Shown here piece by piece: positions 1 through 10,015 of a stretch of 64,000 nt of DNA. Source of the stretch: a virus. Taxonomy: Duplodnaviria; Caudoviricetes. The notes under the pieces are model-generated. The model was not told where the DNA came from and did not search any database. It saw nothing but the letters and a program-made list of their open reading frames with translations. Positions within the stretch are counted from its first letter, which is position 1. Every line of letters begins with the position of its first letter. The position numbers were made by a program, and so were the translations under genes. The DNA is taken from positions 32,001 to 96,000 of the IMG/VR virus record IMGVR_UViG_3300029305_005547; one strand, 5' to 3'.

Positions 1-85
1 GGATAAGCTATATAACCAGTACATTATTTACATTAAGTATGGGTTATCATTTGTATATAGGATTTAAATATTATTAATTTTATTA

Positions 86-448
86 ATGAAAGAGAGGTAC
101 TTTTACATGAAAGAAACATATGGTATTTGTAAAGGAAGTTTAATGAGTATACTTAATTATAATAAATCTAGACGTAAACGTTCCGATACTGATAATAAAA
201 AACGATCTTATTATTGTGGCATGCCAAAAAATCCACGATGGATGTTAAAAATAGAAGTTTTATCATTAGTATCTGAAATATATCATTTTCAACCTAATGA
301 AAATAAATGTATGGAAGAAATTAACCAACTAAAACAAAAATATGCAGGTGATATGGAAGTTATAGGTTGGATTGATACCTGGTTAGAACATATAAAAGCC
401 GAAAAGACAAGAAGAGTTTCTCTTCAAGACGTAATAAACAGGCGTTAA
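86..448 (+). CDS. hypothetical protein
   Basis: ORF after an AATATTATT motif (67-75) and before a palindromic terminator; true start may be the second Met (after AGAGG). Confidence 0.5.
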   Translation: MKERYFYMKETYGICKGSLMSILNYNKSRRKRSDTDNKKRSYYCGMPKNPRWMLKIEVLSLVSEIYHFQPNENKCMEEINQLKQKYAGDMEVIGWIDTWLEHIKAEKTRRVSLQDVINRR

Positions 449-491
449 GGTTCTTATTGTAAGCCGAGAGAATAATTTAAAAATAATAAAT

Positions 492-517
492 GAGATGTGG
501 TATTAATACCACATCTC
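492..517. terminator. bidirectional intrinsic terminator
   Basis: perfect palindrome GAGATGTGGTATTAATACCACATCTC between convergent genes, T-rich flank. Confidence 0.7.
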
Positions 518-529
518 CTTCTTTTTTGT

Positions 530-1522
530 TTACGCAAATATAACAGGGAACTTTTGACCGAACTTATCAGTTGCGATCATGGTAGATCTGTTAATAGATA
601 ACGTGTCTGCTGTTGAAGGTAAAGGATAATCATCTAATATTTCTCCATCTTCATTTTCAGCGATAAACACTTTTGTATCGTTATCATCATCGACAATTAC
701 TTTTACAGTAACTTTTTGGTTCTCGTACTTGATATACTTTTCAGCATCAGAACTTCTGGATTCATAGTCATCCGATGCAAGCATATTAGAAAGAATATCA
801 CCGAACATTTCGTCACCATCATTGATATCATCAATACCAAAATCATTTGATCCCATAAGACCATCTGCATTCTGTCCCATGATTCTTTTAAGATAACTTG
901 ATGCAAACTGACCCATGTCACCATCTTCACCAGCTGCATTTTTACCAAACTTCTCTTTTTCTTTCATGTTAAGTTCTGCTGTAGTCTTCTTGATATTAGC
1001 AAGTTCTTTAACGATATCTTTACAAAGTGATCTTGATGTATTCAAAGTACTAATAAGATCGGTTGTAAACTTTCCGACACCTCTTGCAGAAGATTTCTGT
1101 CTGTTTAAGATATCATATCGTTCCTGTAAAGAATCAGATAACTTAGTCTGATCTTTTAAAATATCCTGTAAAAGTGCTACTTCTTTTTCGAAATCTTCAG
1201 TATGATCTTTAGGACCATCCTGGTTCTTCTTCTTTTTCTTTTTCTTTTTACCACCGTCTTCTTCACCAAAGAGACTACTTAATTTTTTAAGATTTCTCTT
1301 TTCTGTACGAAGTGTAGATAATGCATCAAGCCATTCATTATCACACGGCTCATCATCATCTTCAATTTCAACGGTTTCTTTTTTCTTACCTTCTTCAATT
1401 TTTGCAATAGATGAAGGTAATACGAAAGAACTCATGCTCTCAAGCTCATCAAGATCTCTTAAAGCATCATCTTTCTTATATCTGGACGGTACATATTCGT
1501 CATCATCATGTTTCTTACCCAT
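530..1522 (-). CDS. hypothetical phage protein (coiled coil, poly-Lys tract)
   Basis: 330-aa ORF with GGAGG SD. Confidence 0.75.
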   Translation of the reverse strand: MGKKHDDDEYVPSRYKKDDALRDLDELESMSSFVLPSSIAKIEEGKKKETVEIEDDDEPCDNEWLDALSTLRTEKRNLKKLSSLFGEEDGGKKKKKKKKNQDGPKDHTEDFEKEVALLQDILKDQTKLSDSLQERYDILNRQKSSARGVGKFTTDLISTLNTSRSLCKDIVKELANIKKTTAELNMKEKEKFGKNAAGEDGDMGQFASSYLKRIMGQNADGLMGSNDFGIDDINDGDEMFGDILSNMLASDDYESRSSDAEKYIKYENQKVTVKVIVDDDNDTKVFIAENEDGEILDDYPLPSTADTLSINRSTMIATDKFGQKFPVIFA

Positions 1523-1532
1523 AAGCTACCTC

Positions 1533-1826
1533 CTAATCGATTACGATAGGAATGTCATATGCTTCGCAGATATCATGCTCGATCTTACAACCTCTTGCAT
1601 CTTTCCAACCGGAAGCAAAAGCTGCCATATCGGCTTCAGATAATTTACCGATAGACTTACTCAAAAATCCAACTGCATTTCCATTGTAGTTTTCAAAGAA
1701 TGAATCAATGATCTCAACATCGTCATACTTAGACTTAATCTCAGCGATCATCTTCTCTCTTTCTTCCTTAATGAATTCGTCAGTCTTACCTCTCATAGGT
1801 TGTGAAATAAATACTTTCTTAGCCAT
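1533..1826 (-). CDS. DUF4406/nucleoside-deoxyribosyltransferase-like small protein
   Basis: KVFISQPMRG ... GWKDARGCKIEH motifs; GGAGG SD. Confidence 0.65.
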   Translation of the reverse strand: MAKKVFISQPMRGKTDEFIKEEREKMIAEIKSKYDDVEIIDSFFENYNGNAVGFLSKSIGKLSEADMAAFASGWKDARGCKIEHDICEAYDIPIVID

Positions 1827-1847
1827 TTTTGGTTCCTCCTTGATAAT

Positions 1848-2036
1848 CTATATAAGTGAATCCTCAATAAATGTATGAGATATTCGTTTACCGTAACCTG
1901 TTGCAAGAACTTTGTTCTTTACAACTACATCTTTCTTTTCGTTAGTTTCGGATTCTGCAACTTTATCAATGAATTTCTTCTGATAAGTATACAGTTTTAA
2001 TCCAAAACGTTTTTCAATGAATTCTGAAAATTGCAT
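1848..2036 (-). CDS. hypothetical protein
   Basis: start moved to MQFSEF (2036) behind a GAGGTG SD and an AACA-N6-TAA motif at 2073-2085. Confidence 0.55.
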   Translation of the reverse strand: MQFSEFIEKRFGLKLYTYQKKFIDKVAESETNEKKDVVVKNKVLATGYGKRISHTFIEDSLI

Positions 2037-2154
2037 TTGAATCACCTCAATAAATATAAATATGACCGTCATTTACGAATTTGTTACACCCATAGTTTTT
2101 TACGATATTTTTTGTTTTCACAATATAATAATTACATTATGAAAGGATATAAAA

Positions 2155-2907
2155 ATGGATATCATTAACACAGTCAAACTTGAGATTTATGAATCTTTCT
2201 ATAATGGCGTTATCTCTGATGAAGAAGTTGACTTTTTATTAGAATCCGTTACTTCAAAAAATGACAGAAAACGTCAGTGTAACTTTATTTTGAAATATTG
2301 GGCTAAACCAAGTGGTAAACAACCGTTATCTAAGCAAGAAGCGTTAAAAATAATTAATGAGTTTGAAACAAAAAATAAAATTGATCCAGATTCAAATATT
2401 GGCTATAAAGTATTTGAGGCTTTTGCTATTACTAATTATTTGCAATCAAAATTCAATAAATATGTTAATAATTTTGATGATAAGTATATTTCTATTTTTT
2501 TGAGTAATGTACAAAATGAATATATTGAAATTAAAGAATTGAGTGAAAAATTAAATAGTTTATTATCTTCAGCAAATTCTGAAGATAAAAAGGATCAAAT
2601 TGTAACAGATTTCTTAATAGAAAATAGTAAGAAATATGGAACCATTGAATATAGAGAAAGAAATAATAAAGTTTATAAAGTTGAATCACTTAATGTAGTG
2701 GTTGATAATGCATTGAAGTTTTGGAATGATAAAAAAATGAAAATTGTATCGGGTGATGGTGGAGGTAATTATTTACTTTATTCACCTATAACTGGAAAAT
2801 TTTATGATTATGATCACGAATCTGATTCAGGTGAAAATTATAAAAAATGGCTAACTAATGGAGTTTCGTATAAAGATTTTATGAATCATATACGAAACTA
2901 TAATTAA
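2155..2907 (+). CDS. putative inner-head/virion protein with N-terminal IYES-module
   Basis: late-type promoter 2119-2131, AAAGGA SD; N-terminal LEIYESFYNGVISDEEVDFLLES module shared with other ORFs. Confidence 0.6.
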   Translation: MDIINTVKLEIYESFYNGVISDEEVDFLLESVTSKNDRKRQCNFILKYWAKPSGKQPLSKQEALKIINEFETKNKIDPDSNIGYKVFEAFAITNYLQSKFNKYVNNFDDKYISIFLSNVQNEYIEIKELSEKLNSLLSSANSEDKKDQIVTDFLIENSKKYGTIEYRERNNKVYKVESLNVVVDNALKFWNDKKMKIVSGDGGGNYLLYSPITGKFYDYDHESDSGENYKKWLTNGVSYKDFMNHIRNYN

Positions 2908-3048
2908 ACATATGTGAATTTTACATTACAAGATTAAGTAATTGATTTTTATAATTGAGAATGCATATAGTATGCATTCTCAATTATTGTTTTTGATTAG
3001 TTACTTCACATTTACGTAAACTCATAATTATGAAAGTAGGTTTGATTT

Positions 3049-4941
3049 ATGGGTAAAATTATACCAAAGGATTCGGCGATGCTTGTCGATATCCAATATG
3101 TAAAAGAGAATAGAAAAGAAGGTATCCCAGATGTTTTGTATATTGTGTGGAAGGATTTAGATACAAATGAAAAACATGTTACAACTATTCCTAACCCACC
3201 GGTAGATATATACTTTGAGAAACCTGAATATCGAAACACACATTTAGATCCTTATGGAGTTCCATACAGTTTAAACTATACTTATCTCGATAGAGTAGAA
3301 AAAAGAACTGTTGCATATAAGGATATTATTAATGCTATCATTGAAGATGGTGGTGACGGTCTTAAAGCACAAGCTGCTGATATTTATAAGACCAAACGTT
3401 ATAGTGAACTTAAGAATTTTTTAATGTATCCATTTGTATATGGCGCTGATTATGACGTAAGAGCATTATATAGATATAAATGGATGACTATGTACGATAA
3501 TGACAGACCAAAGCCTATTTCAAAGGCATTCATGGATATAGAGACGGACTTTCTTGATGTAGATGGTTTAGCTGACCCAGCAACATGTCCTATTGATCTT
3601 GTGACTTTGGTTGATAACGATGAAATGAAATGTTATACTTTCGCTTTAGTAGGTCGAGGTTATGAAGAACGTGATATGACTTATATGACTCAAAGTGAAA
3701 GAGATAAAGAATTATATAGAAGAGAATTACATGAAAGTAGACTTAAGCAAGAAGTTGAATTTATTGAAAATCAAGAGTCCATAAAAGAAGAACTTCATCA
3801 GATGTTTGATGAGTCATATGGATGTCTTGATTACAAATTTTTCTTCTATAAAGATGAAGCCAAGATGTTAACTCATATTTTTCAGTTGATTAATAAAAGA
3901 AAATTTGATTTTGTTACATTTTGGAACTTTGAATTCGACGTGAATTATATCTATAAAAGAGCACAGGTTTTAGGTATTGACCCTAAAAGCTTATTCTGTC
4001 ATCCAGATTTTCCAGTTCAGGAATGCTGGTTTAAAAAAGATAATTTTCATTTCGATATTAAATCAAAAACAGACTTTTTCTTTAACACAGGATATACGAA
4101 TTATACCTGTCAGATGAGAACTTATGCAGCAATAAGAAAAGGTCAATCTGAAATTAGATCTTTCTCACTTAATTATATAGGTAAGAAAGTTGTAAAAGAC
4201 TCTAAGCTTGATTACGGCGAAGAAGGAAGTATTAAATATTTCCCCTATCGAAATTATAAGAAATACTTTATCTACAATATCAAGGACGTTTTACTTCAAA
4301 AAGGTATTGAAGATAACACAAGTGATATGGAAAGTTATTATGCTACATCATATCAAAACATCACACCGTATGATTCAGAGTTTAAACAAACAGTAAAACT
4401 TCGTAACTTCCAGTATTACGATTTCTTAACATCAGGAATGGTTCCTGGAGAAAATGTGAACTTAACACCTTTTGGGCAACCTGATGAGGAACCAGATGAA
4501 GATGATGATGATGAAGGTGGAGGACGTAAAGTAGGATTTGAAGGGGCACTAGTTGGAGACCCAAGATTAAATCTTCCGACAGGAATGGCTCTTTATGGAA
4601 ATAAAAAGACAAATAATATATTCCAATATGCTATAGATATGGACATGGCATCCTTCTATCCTAGTACTATATTCGCAATGAATATTGATCCGAGTGCATT
4701 ACATTTTAAAACAATACTTGATGCATCTCAATTTGATATTCTTGGTGGGGATAAGAAAATCCATACTTATACTCATCTTCGTACGCTTCATACTGAAGCA
4801 TCCGACTTCCATGATGATGTTGCAAAAGAGGCATTTGATAATTTCCAGACTAAGAACTGGTTATCAACAGGAAGAAAGTGGTTTAATCTACCTTCAATGG
4901 ATAAACTTTATAGAAAAGCTTGCGAAGAGTTAGGAGCGTGA
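3049..4941 (+). CDS. family B DNA polymerase, N-terminal subunit (3'-5' exonuclease + motif A) of a split polymerase
   Basis: ExoI DIETD, ExoII WNFEFD, ExoIII YNIKD, FEGALV, motif A DMDMASFYPS; ORF ends before motifs B/C. Confidence 0.85.
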   Translation: MGKIIPKDSAMLVDIQYVKENRKEGIPDVLYIVWKDLDTNEKHVTTIPNPPVDIYFEKPEYRNTHLDPYGVPYSLNYTYLDRVEKRTVAYKDIINAIIEDGGDGLKAQAADIYKTKRYSELKNFLMYPFVYGADYDVRALYRYKWMTMYDNDRPKPISKAFMDIETDFLDVDGLADPATCPIDLVTLVDNDEMKCYTFALVGRGYEERDMTYMTQSERDKELYRRELHESRLKQEVEFIENQESIKEELHQMFDESYGCLDYKFFFYKDEAKMLTHIFQLINKRKFDFVTFWNFEFDVNYIYKRAQVLGIDPKSLFCHPDFPVQECWFKKDNFHFDIKSKTDFFFNTGYTNYTCQMRTYAAIRKGQSEIRSFSLNYIGKKVVKDSKLDYGEEGSIKYFPYRNYKKYFIYNIKDVLLQKGIEDNTSDMESYYATSYQNITPYDSEFKQTVKLRNFQYYDFLTSGMVPGENVNLTPFGQPDEEPDEDDDDEGGGRKVGFEGALVGDPRLNLPTGMALYGNKKTNNIFQYAIDMDMASFYPSTIFAMNIDPSALHFKTILDASQFDILGGDKKIHTYTHLRTLHTEASDFHDDVAKEAFDNFQTKNWLSTGRKWFNLPSMDKLYRKACEELGA

Positions 4942-4945
4942 TATA

Positions 4946-5761
4946 ATGGCAGTTACTGTAGAGGATTTACTTACTGATATTGAAAAACGTATGGTTGCTC
5001 TTGGCTATGAAGATTTTGAAGAACTCTATAGTCAAGATCACGATATACAAAGTTTAAAAGAATTAAAGCGTAAGCTTATGGATGATGCTAAAGCGTTGCG
5101 TGAAGAAAAGAAATTGAAAACACGGTGGACTAAAGAACTTAGAGACGTTTTAGTAAAACTCTCAAAAGTTTATAAGAAAGATTTTTATATTTATAATGGG
5201 TCTATCGTGATACCAGGAAAAATATCTCAAGAATCACTTAAAGGTAAATTCATACTTACAATTAAAGATGAATTCCAGGAGTGTATTAAACGAATTTTAT
5301 TTAACGATGAAGAAAATAGAATGATTTTTATTCGAGAATTATCGGAATTTAAATCACTTATTGATGAGTTTTTAGAATGTGAAGAAGCAATCTTAACGGC
5401 TGGTGTTGAACGTAGCATAATCGAAGTTTGTGACATTAATAAAACTCTTTTAGTTAAAGATAAAATGGATATCGAATTAGAATCAATTAAATTAGATTCA
5501 GAAAAGTTCAAACCACTTGAAATTGATGATACTGATGTAGACATCATTGGTACAAAGAAGTTGTTTGAAATGAAGTACGACGGATATCCACCAATTGAAG
5601 GAAATATTCAATTATTTCCATTTTATAACGAAAAAGATAGACCTGATGTAGAGTTTATGTGTGGTGATTTTGAAAAACGTGGTTTAATCACATTATACTA
5701 TGCAAGGTTTCATGTAGATTATCAATATTTTGATATCTATTTTAAGATTTACTTTTTTTAG
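4946..5761 (+). CDS. hypothetical protein
   Basis: 271-aa ORF in operon with the polymerase. Confidence 0.7.
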   Translation: MAVTVEDLLTDIEKRMVALGYEDFEELYSQDHDIQSLKELKRKLMDDAKALREEKKLKTRWTKELRDVLVKLSKVYKKDFYIYNGSIVIPGKISQESLKGKFILTIKDEFQECIKRILFNDEENRMIFIRELSEFKSLIDEFLECEEAILTAGVERSIIEVCDINKTLLVKDKMDIELESIKLDSEKFKPLEIDDTDVDIIGTKKLFEMKYDGYPPIEGNIQLFPFYNEKDRPDVEFMCGDFEKRGLITLYYARFHVDYQYFDIYFKIYFF

Positions 5762-5774
5762 GAGTTGATGAAAA

Positions 5775-6050
5775 ATGTTAATGCGTGCTGTAGCAACGGT
5801 AACGCACAGACCGTTCATTGGAAAAAAGAAAATCCATAAGATACGGTTTCAATACATACTTCCAGAGGGTTCGGAAAAAGAACCCTTTGAGAGTATAGGA
5901 ATGCGTATTATGGCATATAAACAAAGAATTCCTATACATGAATTTGATAGGGTAGAAATAACTAGTATTGAATATCCTGTACATTTGGTTGATTCGGAAT
6001 TATTCATTGATCTAGCTAAAGAATTAATAGAAAAGGAAATTATAGTATGA
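5775..6050 (+). CDS. hypothetical protein
   Basis: GGAG SD, overlaps next start. Confidence 0.6.
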   Translation: MLMRAVATVTHRPFIGKKKIHKIRFQYILPEGSEKEPFESIGMRIMAYKQRIPIHEFDRVEITSIEYPVHLVDSELFIDLAKELIEKEIIV

Positions 6051-6679
6051 AAATTTATGAAGCAAGTTGTGTTTTCGTTCCTGTACGAAGACCAGACTCA
6101 TATTCTGAAAATAAGTTAGTTCAGTTTTTCCAAAGATTGAATGAAGAAAAAACTGAATTCTATATCAGTGCACACGTATTCGTGTATGATCATGAAAATG
6201 AAAAAGATATCATAAATGGTGTTTTAACACAGCATTTTATGACAGAAGTTCAAAATATTGATTTTAGAGGGTACAAGTATTTACCTACAAAAGTATCGTA
6301 TAAAGAGATTTCTCTTGATGATGTTAGAATTGTATGTATTGAATCTAGTAATCAATGGATTCGATATGTTCGTTTATTACGATATCCTGACTTTGATTGG
6401 GATAGATATGTTCTTATTGAAGAACCTTTAGCTTTAAAAAATGGAACAAAACTCAATCTTGGAAATTTGACGATGTTCCATAATAGAGACTTTAGTGGGA
6501 TTAATACTGAAGTCAATTTGGATGAAGTGGTTTATACATTTCATGGTACGGATGAAAATGGTAAACAATTCCAATCACAAAAGAATGCTAGCAAACTCAG
6601 GTATGATGTTTTAGATCCAGTGTTTAATAGTCCTGAAGAAGAATTGAGGTTTTTAAAGAATGAAGAAAAATCCGTTTAA
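6047..6679 (+). CDS. hypothetical protein
   Basis: coupled ORF (ATGA overlap). Confidence 0.65.
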   Translation: MKIYEASCVFVPVRRPDSYSENKLVQFFQRLNEEKTEFYISAHVFVYDHENEKDIINGVLTQHFMTEVQNIDFRGYKYLPTKVSYKEISLDDVRIVCIESSNQWIRYVRLLRYPDFDWDRYVLIEEPLALKNGTKLNLGNLTMFHNRDFSGINTEVNLDEVVYTFHGTDENGKQFQSQKNASKLRYDVLDPVFNSPEEELRFLKNEEKSV

Positions 6680-7022
6680 CGAATTATTTCATCCTGAATC
6701 TTTCTATGCTGATTTATTTTGTCATTGTAAACCTGAATTTAGTCAGAGAGATTCATACGATGAAAGAATTAAAAAACATTTCATGAATTTAGGACTTGAA
6801 AATGAAAAAACTGCTGGAATTATAGGAAATATAAAAATGGAATCTGAAATGAAACCACAGTTTGAAGCAGTTAAATTAGAATTAAAACCAAGATCATTAA
6901 GTCCTGAAGATATAGAAACTATTCGAAAAGCTCAAGACCGTTTAACATCGCAAATTAATGGAGTTTTAGGAATGGTTTGTCTAAGTGATATGTTTAGAAA
7001 TGACGAAGAGGAGAATAACTAA
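6660..7022 (+). CDS. hypothetical protein with phage tail-lysozyme-like fragment
   Basis: GLENEKTAGIIGNIKMES resembles GMTNAGIAGVLGNLHAES in the tape measure lysozyme domain. Confidence 0.5.
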   Translation: MKKNPFNELFHPESFYADLFCHCKPEFSQRDSYDERIKKHFMNLGLENEKTAGIIGNIKMESEMKPQFEAVKLELKPRSLSPEDIETIRKAQDRLTSQINGVLGMVCLSDMFRNDEEENN

Positions 7023-7477
7023 TGGAAAGTATTTCAAATATCAATATCGATGGAAAAGTCGAAGATAGAATTGCGGATGAACTTGCAAAACTTGCTCTTG
7101 AAAGAACTACTGATGAGCAATTAACAACTATGATTAATAACGTTATTCATGACAAATTCGATGCTGAAAGAAAGCATACATGGGGAAACGATGTTAATCA
7201 ATCATATAAACTGATTTTACAGAAATATTATCAGAAATTAGGAGAGAGAATAACAACTATTCTTGAAACTGAAGACAAAGAAAAAGAAATTGACGAAACT
7301 GCTAGACGTATTATTGATAATGCAAGAGAAGCATCTGAAAGATATCTTACGGAAGCTATTGCAAAACGTATGTGTATGATGCATACTGATTTTGCAGGTG
7401 ATTGGCAAAAGATGGATATGACTATTTTTGTAAATGATGTTATGAATAATCATTTACAAAGAGATCATATGAGATAA
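7022..7477 (+). CDS. hypothetical protein
   Basis: GAGGAG SD, coupled ORF. Confidence 0.65.
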   Translation: MESISNINIDGKVEDRIADELAKLALERTTDEQLTTMINNVIHDKFDAERKHTWGNDVNQSYKLILQKYYQKLGERITTILETEDKEKEIDETARRIIDNAREASERYLTEAIAKRMCMMHTDFAGDWQKMDMTIFVNDVMNNHLQRDHMR

Positions 7478-7491
7478 TATGGAGGTTAAAT

Positions 7492-7965
7492 ATGCCTTTT
7501 ACATCAGAAGTATTAGACAATGTAACACAGTTTTGTAAAACACGTTATGATCAAAAAACGTTTGAACATGCTAGACGTGTTATGATATATGCTAGTCAAA
7601 ACGTAGATGTGTATAGATTCCTTAGTGAATATACAACTATACAAATATCATGTACTGCACTTTTACATGATATTATCGAAGATACTAAAACATCGTATGA
7701 TGATATCAAGAGTTATCTTTCTCAATCCGATGATTTATTCGATTGGGAAATTGAAAATCTTATTAGTAGTTTAAGATTATTGACTCATGATAAGAAAAGA
7801 CAAACTTATGATGAATACATTATAAATATATCAAATAAACGATCATTTGATGTGGTTGCTTATGCTGTCAAAATAGCAGATATGAAAGATCACTTATCTC
7901 TTCATGAGACGTTAACAACTAAGCTTAAAAATAAATATGTAAAAGCGTTGGCTGAATTATTATAA
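7492..7965 (+). CDS. HD-domain phosphohydrolase (small alarmone hydrolase/Mesh1-like)
   Basis: H...ALLHDIIEDT...LLTHDK...VKIAD motifs. Confidence 0.75.
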   Translation: MPFTSEVLDNVTQFCKTRYDQKTFEHARRVMIYASQNVDVYRFLSEYTTIQISCTALLHDIIEDTKTSYDDIKSYLSQSDDLFDWEIENLISSLRLLTHDKKRQTYDEYIINISNKRSFDVVAYAVKIADMKDHLSLHETLTTKLKNKYVKALAELL

Positions 7966-7971
7966 AAAGTT

Positions 7972-8000
7972 TCCCTAGTCTAGATAATCTAGACTAGGGA
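7972..8000. terminator. bidirectional terminator
   Basis: TCCCTAGTCTAGAT-A-ATCTAGACTAGGGA between convergent genes. Confidence 0.7.
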
Positions 8001-8006
8001 TTAATT

Positions 8007-8240
8007 TTATTCATCTTTATTATCGATTTTTTCTTTAATCTCTTTTAATTTCTTTGCAACATCATCGATCTCATCTTCAGCTTCATCTTTAGTAATGAAA
8101 CCTCTCGTTTCTTTCTTTTTAATCGCTTCAATCTTTTCTTCAAGCTCAGCAATTTTATCAGCCTTAGTATCTACTTTACCAGATTCAAGAACAGCATTGA
8201 GATCATTTTTAATTGCATATAAATTATCGAGGAAACTCAT
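8007..8240 (-). CDS. small putative virion protein
   Basis: AAGGAGG SD, AACA-N6-TAA at 8270-8282 (-). Confidence 0.65.
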   Translation of the reverse strand: MSFLDNLYAIKNDLNAVLESGKVDTKADKIAELEEKIEAIKKKETRGFITKDEAEDEIDDVAKKLKEIKEKIDNKDE

Positions 8241-8363
8241 TATACGATACCTCCTTATTTTCTCTGAATTTACAATAATGTTTTTATTATCTAATTCAAC
8301 TGGCTATGCTTGTTATAAAAAACATTATCGTAAACCAAAAATAAGAAAGGATGGTATAAAACC

Positions 8364-9392
8364 ATGAGTAAAGATAAAACTTTATTTGGTTTCATAGGTA
8401 ATGTGTGTAAGCAGATTGCTGATGGACAGAAATCTGATGATGGTTCTCCTATTGCTACTGAAGCTGATGTAAGAGCAATTGTACAGGAGATGGTAACCGC
8501 TAATTTTATTAATGGGGCAATTGCTAACGAAAATGCAACTACTCCTACTGCAGAGACTGTTGTAGGTGAATATTTCATCTTTGGTAATGGTACTCCTCTT
8601 ACTATTAAGGAAAGAACTGATGGTGTTGAAGGATGTATTGTTGCATGGGATGGCGGAGAATTTTTGGTAGACACTTCTATCGTTACTACTGTATTTGGTG
8701 GTAGACATGATGATGAGACACCTACCAATTCTTCTATTACAATCGAAGGTGGTACTGTAAACCATGTTATCGGTGGCGGTCTTCATAAGGCATATACCGT
8801 AAATTCTAAGATTGTTATGAATGGTGGTACTGTAAGATCTATCCGTGCAGGTGCATGTGATCAGTGGATTGGTGATTGCAGCTGTGACAATGTTAAGTAT
8901 GGTGGTCCTATCGAAGAATCTTGGTGCCGTGTTGATAACGGTGAATTGATTCTTAATGCAGGTCATGTTACATATACCGTATTTGGTGGTAACAATGGAT
9001 TTGCAAGAATCAAGAATACATCTATTACTGTAGGTGAAGGAATGGTAATCGACGAGTATTTGTATGCTGGCGGTGCAAACGGATCTATCGAGAATGCTAA
9101 GCTGGTTATCAATGGTGGACAGATGAAGACTGTTGCAGGTTGCTGTAGAGGAATTATGGATACAATCGATATTACTGTAAATGGTGGTACTATTGAAAGC
9201 TTGTTTGCTGGTGGAGATGTTCCTTTTACTGGATCTCCTGAAGCTCCTAATGGTAGCGACAGTCATGGTAAATTTAATAAATCAACCGTTGCTATTAATG
9301 GTGGTGAGATCGGTCTTATCGCTGCAGGTGGAAATGATTACGTTGTACTTGAAGATGACGCTGAGTGTGTTGACATTGTTGACAATCGCTAA
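8364..9392 (+). CDS. Gly-rich repetitive (beta-helix/adhesin-like) late protein
   Basis: repeated I-x-GG-T-V / V-x-GGG units; late-type promoter 8321-8333; terminator 9398-9428. Confidence 0.6.
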   Translation: MSKDKTLFGFIGNVCKQIADGQKSDDGSPIATEADVRAIVQEMVTANFINGAIANENATTPTAETVVGEYFIFGNGTPLTIKERTDGVEGCIVAWDGGEFLVDTSIVTTVFGGRHDDETPTNSSITIEGGTVNHVIGGGLHKAYTVNSKIVMNGGTVRSIRAGACDQWIGDCSCDNVKYGGPIEESWCRVDNGELILNAGHVTYTVFGGNNGFARIKNTSITVGEGMVIDEYLYAGGANGSIENAKLVINGGQMKTVAGCCRGIMDTIDITVNGGTIESLFAGGDVPFTGSPEAPNGSDSHGKFNKSTVAINGGEIGLIAAGGNDYVVLEDDAECVDIVDNR

Positions 9393-9458
9393 AAATAATG
9401 AAGAGGATGGAAATTCCATCCTCTTCATATTTATACTACTTTATTATCTCCATTATAT

Positions 9459-9518
9459 GAATCTGTAAGTCCCGAGAAATATCAAGACTTACAGAAAACT
9501 TACTTAACTAAATTCCGT
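9459..9518 (-). repeat. dispersed hairpin element copy 1 (truncated, no cassette)
   Basis: minus strand ACGGAATTTAGTTAAGTAAGTTTTCTGTAAGTCTTGATATTTCTCGGGACTTACAGATTC matches the copies at 24.8, 39.3 and 60.1 kb but lacks the TATTTARCTAAATAGTAA end. Confidence 0.9.
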
Positions 9519-9604
9519 GACAACTTCACTATCACATCTATTTTAGATTAATACAAATCGTGATATAAATTATATCAATATTTTACTTATTTATTTTGTA
9601 GAAA

Positions 9605-9613
9605 TATATTATT
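9605..9613 (+). promoter_or_regulatory. putative early (virion-RNAP) promoter motif TATATTATT
   Basis: exact copies upstream of ORFs at 9605, 16585, 34406, 35932, 54902 and 58392(-); variants at 67 and 32113; resembles phiKZ early TATATTAC. Confidence 0.6.
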
Positions 9614-9643
9614 TCTATGAATAAAATATAGGAGGTACTTACA

Positions 9644-10006
9644 ATGGATGTAAGAATTCAAGTTGGTGACTATGTAAGACATTTCAAGAGAGAAACGCTC
9701 TCTGAAGAAGCAAAGGAAATACCTATGTATTTATATAGAGTATTAGCTATTGCTAAACATACTGAAACAGGGGAAGAACTTGTCATTTATCAGGCACAAT
9801 ATAATGATAAGCAAGTTTATGCTAGACCGAAAGATATGTTTTTATCAGAAGTTGATAAAGAAAAATATCCTGATATTAAACAAAAATATAGATTGGAAAA
9901 GGCATCTCCTCTTGAAGTTGCTTTGTGCGTAAGTAAGAATTGTAAAAGTATGGATGCTCTTGCATCTTTAGTATCTTTTGTGAATGGATTAGATCATGAA
10001 ATTTAA
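9644..10006 (+). CDS. DUF1653-family protein
   Basis: YVRHFK...[21 protein letters not shown]...[16 protein letters not shown]. Confidence 0.8.
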   Translation: MDVRIQVGDYVRHFKRETLSEEAKEIPMYLYRVLAIAKHTETGEELVIYQAQYNDKQVYARPKDMFLSEVDKEKYPDIKQKYRLEKASPLEVALCVSKNCKSMDALASLVSFVNGLDHEI

Positions 10007-10015
10007 GGAGATAAT

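Noticed and set aside
458-478. TGTAAGCCGAGAGAATAAT, weak similarity to the element's inner arm
   Set aside because: Short, gapped match with no hairpin partner or flanking arms.
8382-9266. 294-aa antisense ORF and similar shadow ORFs (e.g. 55057-55596, 33207-33704, those opposite the tape measure gene)
   Set aside because: They lie opposite well-supported genes and lack SD or promoter signals; expected by-products of codon bias.
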